The notes beneath the pieces were generated by a model, which was not told the origin of the DNA, ran no database searches, and saw nothing but the letters and a program-made list of their open reading frames with translations. From an uncultured archaeon (GTDB lineage: Archaea > Iainarchaeota > Iainarchaeia > Iainarchaeales > 1-14-0-10-31-34): a DNA stretch of 64,000 bases. Of this stretch, positions 1 to 8,400 are shown piece by piece. How positions within the stretch are numbered: the first letter of the stretch is position 1; each line of letters begins with the position of its first letter. The DNA is taken from NCBI GenBank assembly GCA_964608675.1, contig CAZSOZ010000002.1, positions 192,001 to 256,000 on the forward strand. The letters run 5' to 3'. The translations under genes were made by a program, and so were the position numbers.

Positions 1-100
1 GAAATTTAATTGAACTCTTAAAAGAAACAACCACTGCAATCAAAATCAAAATCATGCTTGAAACATTCAGCAAAGAAGTGAAATCCAACTGCAAACCCAT
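1..100 (-). CDS. Small membrane protein (partial, runs off window start); apparent paralog of 100..423
   Basis: Manual translation from ATG at 100: MGLQLDFTSLLNVSSMILILIAVVVSFKSSIKF...; the start overlaps the stop of 100..423 (TAATG), and the N-terminus resembles MSLGFDFTSSLIS. Confidence 0.7.
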   Translation of the reverse strand, partial: MGLQLDFTSLLNVSSMILILIAVVVSFKSSIKF

Positions 101-423
101 TAAAACAACCTCTTGTTTTTCATTCCAAATTTTTCAGAAAAATTTAATGCCTCAAAAGAAGTTAAAATTAAGCCTATTGCTGTTGCAATAACAAAAAAAG
201 AACGAATAGCATAAATTAAATTAATTGAATAATCCAAATAAACCATGACCATAATAAAAAACTGGCCTGAAACAAAAATTAAAAGAGAATAAAAAAAATG
301 CCTTAAAACATTTTTTAAGTTTCCTTCGTTGAATCTGTGCATTGCCCCAAAAAACAAGGCAACAGTCAAAAACGCAATAACAAAACTAATTAAACTTGAA
401 GTAAAATCAAACCCTAAACTCAT
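100..423 (-). CDS. Small 3-TM membrane protein, possible sensor-type membrane domain
   Basis: Three hydrophobic segments; translationally coupled to 420..977. Confidence 0.7.
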   Translation of the reverse strand: MSLGFDFTSSLISFVIAFLTVALFFGAMHRFNEGNLKNVLRHFFYSLLIFVSGQFFIMVMVYLDYSINLIYAIRSFFVIATAIGLILTSFEALNFSEKFGMKNKRLF

Positions 424-977
424 TTTTTTACCTCAACAATTCTGTCACAGAACTGGCTTACTTGAGCAATAAGCCTTTCATCAACATTTTTTTGAAGAGA
501 AATCAATACTCCTTTAATTTTCCATTCCCTCATTTTTCCTGTAAGAAAATGAGCAAACTTGGTAACGCTTTTTGATTGATTATAAATCAATAAAGTGCTT
601 AAAGAATCAAAAAAAATAAATCTGTCAGTTTTTGTTTTCATAGACTTAAATGCTTCACCTAAAGCAATCCCCAACTCAGTTAAATTGTTTGGAGAATTAA
701 TAAACAAACAATTTGGAACCTCTTTTGCTTCACCCACAACAGTTAAAGTGATTGCATCAATAAAAAAAATGTTTTTTGTTTTAATTTTGTTTTTTTCCAG
801 CATTTCATTCAAAGAATTAAAAGGCCTGTTTACAGTAACATAAATTCCTTTTTCATTTAATTTGTTTGTAAGAATATCAAGTATTTTTAAGTTTGTTTTC
901 AGATATTTTTTTTCATCAGATAAAATCAAAACAATTTCTTTTTCTGAAACCTTTTTTAATTCTTTCTCTAAATCCAT
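420..977 (-). CDS. Inactive KaiC/RecA-like ATPase-fold protein (DUF835-like)
   Basis: GIYVTVNRP, FFIDAIT and FIFFDSLSTLLIYN motifs of KaiC/RAD55-like domains; no Walker A. Confidence 0.75.
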   Translation of the reverse strand: MDLEKELKKVSEKEIVLILSDEKKYLKTNLKILDILTNKLNEKGIYVTVNRPFNSLNEMLEKNKIKTKNIFFIDAITLTVVGEAKEVPNCLFINSPNNLTELGIALGEAFKSMKTKTDRFIFFDSLSTLLIYNQSKSVTKFAHFLTGKMREWKIKGVLISLQKNVDERLIAQVSQFCDRIVEVKK

Positions 978-1023
978 TTTTTTTGGCTCCTAAAAAAAGA
1001 ATGCATTTCAGGTTAATAAAACT

Positions 1024-1698
1024 TTACTTTATTATTTGAAGGATTTCATTTACGTCATTTAATTCAAAATCAGATTTCACTTTCTTAGAAAAAAACTTTT
1101 GACCGTATTTTGCAAGACAGGTTTTCATTCCTGCTTCTTTTGCTCCCTGAATGTCTCTTTCAGGGTTGTCTCCAACAAACAAAATTTCTTCAGGATTTAA
1201 TTTAAGTTTTTCTATTGCTTTCTGAAAAGGAAGTTTGTTGGGCTTCAATAAGCCTGTGTCATCCAAAGTAATAACCACATCAAAATAATGAGTCATATTC
1301 ATTTCAGCAAGCCTTAACCATGCACGCATTCTTGGGGCATCAGAAACAATTCCCAAAACAATGTTTTTTTCTTTTAATTTAACTAAAGTGCTTCTTACAT
1401 GAGGATACGGAAACAAAAATCCTGCCTGAACCCTTCTATAAGAAGCAATTCCATTAGATAAAATCCTGTAATCAATTCTCTTTAGGGTTTTTCTTAAAAA
1501 TTTTTGAAAAATAGTCTGATCTTCAATACCATACTTTTTAAATAAATCAAACAAAATTTTTTTTGCTTTCTCTTCTTTTACAGGCAGTCCAGCATCAATC
1601 ATTGCCCTGACTGCAGCTTCAGAGCTTTCGGTTTTCATTCTCATGAAATCAATCAAAGTGTTATCCAAATCAAACAAAACCGCTTTAATTTTCTTCAT
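1024..1698 (-). CDS. HAD-superfamily hydrolase (archaeal subfamily IA)
   Basis: FDLDNTL motif I, KP motif III, VGDNPERDIQGA motif IV. Confidence 0.92.
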   Translation of the reverse strand: MKKIKAVLFDLDNTLIDFMRMKTESSEAAVRAMIDAGLPVKEEKAKKILFDLFKKYGIEDQTIFQKFLRKTLKRIDYRILSNGIASYRRVQAGFLFPYPHVRSTLVKLKEKNIVLGIVSDAPRMRAWLRLAEMNMTHYFDVVITLDDTGLLKPNKLPFQKAIEKLKLNPEEILFVGDNPERDIQGAKEAGMKTCLAKYGQKFFSKKVKSDFELNDVNEILQIIK

Positions 1699-2126
1699 TA
1701 CAATTCACTTTCCAAATCCAATAAAAACAAACCTGAAGGCTGTTTTGTTCTTTCAATTTTTTGTTCAAAAGGTTTAATAAAAACTTCCAAGGTTGCTCCC
1801 ACAGTTCCTGAAACAAAATGGCCTCCAATTACACTGAAATCTTTTTTTCCTAGAGAAACGTGGACATGAAAAAAAGGTTTTCCTTCTTTTAAAGAAATGT
1901 TTCCCAGAAAAGAAATTACTTCTAAATCGCCTTCAAAGGATTTTGTTTCATAACCGTTTTTTTCAGAAGAAAAAAACCCTAATTCGGCTTCCTGCAAAGC
2001 GCCAATCCCTTTAATGGTTCCTGAAAAAATTTTTTCTTTTTCAAGGAAATCAGTAAGTTCTTTTAACACATTTTCTCCTGAAATAAATCTCAAAAAAAAA
2101 CCATTTGAAATCTTCTTGTATTTCAT
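1698..2126 (-). CDS. PPC-domain (DUF296) protein
   Basis: GIGAL, EVISFLGNIS, HVHVSLG, GGH and TLEVFI motifs. Confidence 0.9.
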   Translation of the reverse strand: MKYKKISNGFFLRFISGENVLKELTDFLEKEKIFSGTIKGIGALQEAELGFFSSEKNGYETKSFEGDLEVISFLGNISLKEGKPFFHVHVSLGKKDFSVIGGHFVSGTVGATLEVFIKPFEQKIERTKQPSGLFLLDLESEL

Positions 2127-2241
2127 TCAACCCCTCAAAAAAAACTTGTTTTCAGTCCCGCCCATTCGCGATTTCGCTCGCCAGTAACCAAACATATGAG
2201 AGATTTCACTTTTTTTAATCTCTCGATAACATTCAAAATTA

Positions 2242-2312
2242 ATTGTGTTTTCAGTCCGCCCATCTATCATCATGATTTTCAGAGTCATCGTCAGTTCATC
2301 ATAAAACACAAT
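2242..2312 (-). ncRNA. Box C/D guide sRNA
   Basis: Minus strand reads ATTGTGTTTT-ATGATGA(C)-ACTGACGATGACT-CTGA(D')-AAATC-ATGATGA(C')-TAGATGGGCGGA-CTGA(D)-AAACACAAT: four perfect boxes, 12-13 nt guides and a complementary terminal stem. Confidence 0.85.
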
Positions 2313-2591
2313 AAAATAAAATAAAAAAAAGTTTTTAAACAAAATAAAACACTTAATTATTATTAAACCAAAACAAAAAGCAAAAAACAACTGAATTTAC
2401 TTGAAAAAAAAAATGTTCAAGCTGTCTCTGGCAAGAACAGAAACAGAAGAATTAATGAACCTGCAGTTTTATGACACCAAAAAAAACACAATATGCTGGT
2501 AAGACATACAGGAAAAAAAATAAAGATTGTTTTATTTGATATTGGTTTAAATCTGCCAAAAAAAACACGCAAAATAAAAAAAAAGAATAAT

Positions 2592-2654
2592 TGTGCTGGC
2601 ATCAAAGTTCTCTAAAGTTCCGAAGAACTTTATTGAAGGCCTCTGCCAACACGC
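2592..2654 (-). ncRNA. Candidate small structured RNA (H/ACA-like layout)
   Basis: GUGUUGGCA/UGCCAGCAC basal stem, UAAAGUUC-UUCG-GAACUUUA apical hairpin, 3' ACA, TATA-like TTTTTATA (2676-2683) about 22 nt upstream and a U-tract downstream. Confidence 0.5.
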
Positions 2655-2721
2655 AAAACATTAAGATTAAAATTCTATAAAAAGATTTGTTCTTAGGAAT
2701 CCAAACTAAAAGAAAAAAAAG

Positions 2722-4218
2722 TCACCAGTAATACTGGTGTTCAACAGAATAAGAAACTGTTTTGCTTGAATTTGCAGGAACTACTATCTTGAATTCAATT
2801 TCGCTGGAAGACTTTTTTTCGTATAGATCACTGTTTTGAATTATTTCCCAGCTGGAGCCAAGGTATTCGTGAACAATAACTTCGACATCAGAATCCTTAT
2901 GATTCCTTAACTCAATTTCATAACTGCTTCTATATTTTCCTTTACTAACATTAACTGATTCAGTTTGAGTTCTTTCTCCAACAACATCAAAGGAGTCCCC
3001 TAAATAAAGATTTGATTCCTCGTCTTTTGGAGTATGATCAATTCTGTCTTCTCCAACAAACTGAAGTTTTCCTGCAGAATCCTCTTTATAAACCCTGACT
3101 TTTCCTTTTGGCAAAGGAACACCCAAAGCATTTTCTTCTGAATTCTTAAAATTTAATTTAACTTGAACTTTAGTTCCCTGAAGTCTTCCATCAAAATAAA
3201 AAATTTTTTTTACAGGAATATTTTCAGAAGCCAGCAAAGAAATTTGTTTGACTTGATTGTTCATTACATCAGTTTTTCTATCCAAAGAATACATATGATA
3301 TTCAAACAAAGCTTCTTCCACAAAACCCCCTGATTTTGGCACAGCATCCTCATAAACATAATCATACATTTCCCTGTAAGTGTAATCATAAACCCTGTGA
3401 ACGTCTCCTGCAACTAATTTAAGAGAAGCATCAGAATAAGAGGTTCCAGATTGATTGTTAATGCTGACCCACCCAAAAAAATCCATTCTTGAATCAGAAT
3501 CATTTATTTTAGCAATGTATTCAGCATGCCATTTAATGCCGTCAGTCAAATAAGAAGTCTGCGTTAACCTATTTCCTTCTTCTGAAGCAAACACTTTCCA
3601 AATCAAAGTAGGTTTAACCCACAAGTTTTCAGGAAGAGAAGGAAAAACAATTTTATCTGCATTCAAAGAAACAATTCCATTAGAAGTCTGTAAAATTAAT
3701 CCATCAGAATAACTCAAAATTTTTCCAGTATAAGTACTTGAATCATTTCCTTCAATACTTGTAACAGTAATTTCTTTATCCAAATACTTTTCCAGCAACT
3801 TTGATTTTGAAACCAAATCATATTCATAATTCTGCTCCAATACAATAGTGTCAGCAAAATCCAGGTCTTCAAACAATACACTTGTAGAATCAATTTTTGC
3901 TGCAACATCCATAAACTTAACTAAATTAACTCCCTGTTTAAGCATTAAAGTTCTTATGTCTTTAACTAAAGCAAAATTCTGGTTATAGACAGTCAATTCA
4001 GTTCCATTTTTTGTTTCGCTTGTTTCTTGTCCTTCAAACATCAATACTGCTGATTCAGGTTTTTCAGTTGAAACAACATGAACAACATCATTAATGTTAA
4101 CATTAGGCACACTAATTTTTTTTGGGTTTAAATCATCTTCAGTTCCAGAAAACTGAATTAAAACACCAAACAACAATACAGCCAAAATAAAAGAAATAAC
4201 TAAATTTGAATTTTTCAT
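2722..4218 (-). CDS. DUF4139-family secreted/membrane-anchored protein
   Basis: N-terminal TM; LTVYNQNFALVKD, LEQNYEYDL, SYLTDGIKW, LFEYHMY, PLPKGKVRVY and FVGEDRIDHTP motifs. Confidence 0.88.
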   Translation of the reverse strand: MKNSNLVISFILAVLLFGVLIQFSGTEDDLNPKKISVPNVNINDVVHVVSTEKPESAVLMFEGQETSETKNGTELTVYNQNFALVKDIRTLMLKQGVNLVKFMDVAAKIDSTSVLFEDLDFADTIVLEQNYEYDLVSKSKLLEKYLDKEITVTSIEGNDSSTYTGKILSYSDGLILQTSNGIVSLNADKIVFPSLPENLWVKPTLIWKVFASEEGNRLTQTSYLTDGIKWHAEYIAKINDSDSRMDFFGWVSINNQSGTSYSDASLKLVAGDVHRVYDYTYREMYDYVYEDAVPKSGGFVEEALFEYHMYSLDRKTDVMNNQVKQISLLASENIPVKKIFYFDGRLQGTKVQVKLNFKNSEENALGVPLPKGKVRVYKEDSAGKLQFVGEDRIDHTPKDEESNLYLGDSFDVVGERTQTESVNVSKGKYRSSYEIELRNHKDSDVEVIVHEYLGSSWEIIQNSDLYEKKSSSEIEFKIVVPANSSKTVSYSVEHQYYW

Positions 4219-4335
4219 AAATACCCTTCAAAAAATTTTTTTCTCTGAAAAATAAAATGGAATTAGTTTTATTTAAGCCTATGTTTTTAATAAGTATAAA
4301 TAATAATTTAAAAAAAAAGAAAAAAAAAGAAAGTT

Positions 4336-5346
4336 TTACAATTTAACTTTCCATAAAACCAAAATTACTGCAAGAACAGCAACAATTAAAACTACTGGAA
4401 GTGTTGCGTTTCCCAAATTTAATCCAAATAAACCAGTAGGTGAAGGATTTAGATTCGTTGTATTATTTTCTTTTTGGTTTTGTGTTGTATCAATTTCATC
4501 TGAAGTAATTCCAAGAATTTCATTTGAAGGCGCTGGAGCAGGCCCTGTATCATCAATTAAAGGAATTTCTTTTTCTATAGGTTCATCTAAAACAGTACAG
4601 TCAGCCACAGAAAAACTTAATCTGTTTTTAGGATACCCTGGCTTATACACTTCCATTTTATAGTCTTTAATTTCACTTAAATTAAAAACAAAAATTCCTT
4701 CGTCATCTGTTTTTCCTGAAATAATTTTAGTTCTGTCGTCATTATCTTCAAAAATTACTATTGTTGCATCTCTTGCAGGACTGCCATTTGAAAGCTTTAC
4801 TTCAACTTCAATATCTTCATTAAGGCATTTTTCTGAAACAGAAACAGTAAGGCCTCCGCCTCCTCCGCCTCCGCCTCCTCTGGGAGTTCCGCCAGTGTCA
4901 GCTGGAGGAGTAGAACAATTACCGCAATCCTGCGGACAAGAAGAACAACTTTCATCTCCATTACAAATTCCATCACCACAAGAAGGAGGAACTTCAACTT
5001 CAACAGAAAAATTTAATTCAGTTATTTCTCCGTTAGCAAAAACTGATTCTCCTGCTTTAACATCAAAAACAAAAAATTCAATTGTTTTTCCTGCCCTGTT
5101 ATTATTTGGATCCAATACATCAAAAGTATTCGGAGCATAACCATAAGTTCCATTTAAACTAGTGGTTGAAGCAACTTCAACTCCAGAAATTTTTGCAACA
5201 ACATTAACTCCATCTGTTGCAGGTTCTCCATTAACAAGTATTGTTCCAAAAAACCTGTTTGGAATTCCAGGAACAGCAAAAACTGAAATACAAAACAATA
5301 AACAAAAAAAGAATACACTCAAATACTTTAATTTATTAATAAACAT
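4336..5346 (-). CDS. Secreted/surface protein with Cys-rich repeat, poly-Gly linker and C-terminal TM anchor
   Basis: Signal peptide; P-x-x-F-x-G start domain; CGDGICNGDESCSSCPQDCG; nine-Gly run; SPTGLF plus TM anchor. Confidence 0.75.
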   Translation of the reverse strand: MFINKLKYLSVFFFCLLFCISVFAVPGIPNRFFGTILVNGEPATDGVNVVAKISGVEVASTTSLNGTYGYAPNTFDVLDPNNNRAGKTIEFFVFDVKAGESVFANGEITELNFSVEVEVPPSCGDGICNGDESCSSCPQDCGNCSTPPADTGGTPRGGGGGGGGGLTVSVSEKCLNEDIEVEVKLSNGSPARDATIVIFEDNDDRTKIISGKTDDEGIFVFNLSEIKDYKMEVYKPGYPKNRLSFSVADCTVLDEPIEKEIPLIDDTGPAPAPSNEILGITSDEIDTTQNQKENNTTNLNPSPTGLFGLNLGNATLPVVLIVAVLAVILVLWKVKL

Positions 5347-5412
5347 CCCCCCAAGTTCTGCTTTAAATATAGTTAGTTAGTGAAGTGAAAAGAATAAAAA
5401 AAGAGTGGCTTT

Positions 5413-8400
5413 TTAATAGCCACCGCAATTTGTAGTGTATGCATAGAGTTCTTCTTCAGGAGTAAAAATCCAATAACCTGCTCCTGGATTCATATAACTC
5501 TCATACATTAATTCCTTCCACTGGTATGGATTGTCTGCTTCCCAGTAAGTCAACAAAGAAGTCCAGCCTTTATCCATAAAAGTGCTTCCTAAAGAATACA
5601 AAGCACAATAAGCAGGTCTTCCTTCTCCTAACAAATTTGGACCATCATAGACTTCTTCTCCTTGAGTTCCAAAGTGTCCAATTAAATTCCATCCTTGCGC
5701 CAACTGTTTATCTGAAGGAGTTGTTGCTGGACTAAACAGGCTTCCTCCTAAAATCATTGTGTCTGCTTCATATGCTCTAACCCAATAACCCCAGCCTGGA
5801 AGTATTTCAGTTAAATCTGTTGCCGGACTTCCTGGATAAAAAGCATGCCATTCATCTGCAAATGCATCATAAGTCCACACTGATTCAACGTTATCTGCAA
5901 CTGATTCAAACACTGTTTCAATACTGTCATCAATTAAACTAAATGGAACTGAAATCAAATTCCATTTCTTGTTTAATTCAATTTCAAATTTAGTTCCTTC
6001 AACCTTGAATTTCTCGTCATCAATTTCTCCTGCATTTCCTAAAGCATCAACACAATAATACTGTAAATTGTGTTCACTTTCTTCAAGGAAAAAGAACTCT
6101 GTTTCATCCATTCCCAAATCACAGAAACCATCTCCATTTGAATTATAGTCTCCTTCATAGAACTCACAGTAAACTTCTGTAATGTTTTGTCCTTCGTAGT
6201 CTCCTTCAAAAAATTCAGTGCTTCCATCTAATTCAAGATAAAAGTAAGCTGAACTATGGTTAACTGGATGCGGTTCAGGATCAGTGCAATCCAAACTTAC
6301 TGGAGTCAATAAAGTTACTTTCCAGCAGTTTCCTGGAGTCAAACAGAATTCCTCTAAATCATAGTAAGCTGAATCCATTCCATTCCAAGGACTTTTTGGT
6401 TCTCCAACCAATTTATTTGGTTCAGGAGGAGTATTATCCACATATACGCACTGTTTTTTGGTTGTTTCTGTTTTGTTTACATTGTCAACTGAATAATACT
6501 CTATCAAATGACAGGATTGTTCCGAAACACTGAATGCTTCAAAGTAAGTCATCCAAGCTCCTGTTCCTTCAGCGTTCCCGCAAACAAATTCTTCGTTTTC
6601 TGGATCACAATAATTGTTATTTACTTGAGTTATTCTAAAATGAGTTTCTGCTATTCCTGTTTTATGCGGTCCAATATCTTCTGCTGTTAAAGTAATTGGT
6701 GTATTAGAAGTAATCCATTCTTTTCCGTCTTCTTCATAGAAAGGTACACCGTATTCTTTTGTTGTTTCAGGAGGAGTTTTGTCTACGTAATATGTTTCCT
6801 CTTTTGTTGTTTCGTTTCCCAAAGCATCCTTGCATGTTATTGTAAGGTTGTGCTTGCATTCTTCAGGGAAATTAATTGGAAATACATCAAATGGACCGTA
6901 AACGGTTTCATTTTCATCCAAAGTATAACTCCATTCACATTCAACATCGTTAACCGGATGTGGTTCTGGGTCAACTGTAATTACTTCAATTTCAGTTATT
7001 CCATCTATATACATGCAGGTTGTTTCTGTTGGTTCATGAGTATTCATAGCAAACACATGGAATGCTGGAATTTCCTGCGGGTGTCCTTCAAACCAAGTCA
7101 TTGAAACAAAGCCTGTTGCAGTAAAGCCGTTTATTTGATCTGCATCTGAAAGATAAACTCTTGCCCCCTTGTAAGCTTCGCTTGAATAAATGTCTCCTAT
7201 TTCCATTCCATTTACATAGACATCAGATAACAAGACATCTCCTTTTTCTGTTCCACCTTTAACAAACAATACAAGGTATTCAAAGGCTTTTTCTGAATCA
7301 TAAATCCAAGTTAATTCTGTTCCATTTACATTATATGAAACTAGTCCTGTTGTTGGATCATAATTTACTTCAAACGGAACTGGTTCTCCTTCATTTATCC
7401 AAGCAAATTCTCCGCTTGATTCAACTTGCTCTGGATTTCCATTCCAAATTGCCACATCCCAGTTTGTTGTATCTGAACGACCGGTTGTAAAGAAATCTTT
7501 TTCTCCCTCTCCCAAACAACTCCATCCTTCACACATTTCATAATAAGATTCTGTTTGATTGCAAGCTAATTCAATTTGTGGGCCAACAATTTCTGTTTCA
7601 ATATCTGGACCTACTGTATCAACTACATCAATTTCACTGAAAGTTATTGTTGAGTTTCCTAAAATGTCTTCACATTTGTATTCAAGTTCATGGCATGAAT
7701 CTTCTTCAAAGAAAATTCTTACTTGTTCTCCTTCAGATGTTGTCCAATCAGTCCACTCACTCCATTCAAGACAGTCATTGCTTATTCTATACCTGTATTC
7801 TGTTGAAACAATGTCAACCGGATGAGGTGTCTGATCAGCACAAGTCAAAGTAATGGGAGTCTGCTGAGTGATATAATAATCACAATTCAATGGGTCTTCA
7901 ATGCATTCAATTTTTGGGTCACCAACTGTTTTGTCAATTAATGGCTCTGTATTGTCAACAAATACACACTGCCTATTTGTTTCTTCTGTATTGCCTAATT
8001 TGTCCACTGAATAAAATTCAATTATATGACATGACTCTTCCGGCAGACTAACAGTATCAGTGTATTCAATAAAATCAGGTAAAACTCCTTCATAATTTTG
8101 GCATCCACTAGCTTCTGATTCACACCATATGTCTTCAACTACAGAATACCTCCAAAAAGTCTTGTTTACTCCAACTTTGTTGTCTTCAGCTGAAAAGTCA
8201 ATCGAAGTTTGAGAGGTAATAAAGTGCGGGTAAGCTCCTCCATCATTAATGTTTGCCGGATAAGCCGGTATCCCATAAGTTTTTGTTGTAACCGGCGGAG
8301 TTGAATCCACTAAAAAGGTTTCTACATCAGATGACTTATTTTCTAATGCATCCCAACAAAATACATACAAGTCATGAGTTGAATCTTCAGCGAAAATTAT

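Noticed and set aside
2148-2265. ATGGGCGG(G)ACTGAAAAC pair as a mini-CRISPR array
   Set aside because: Only two short copies about 100 nt apart, no cas genes, and one copy is the D-guide/D-box of the sRNA
2127-2390. 87-aa ORF in the track
   Set aside because: Low-complexity N-half with no homology cues; the sequence is better explained by the C/D sRNA and its degenerate copy
4854-4880. GC-rich CCTCCG repeat
   Set aside because: Simply encodes the poly-Gly linker of the surface protein
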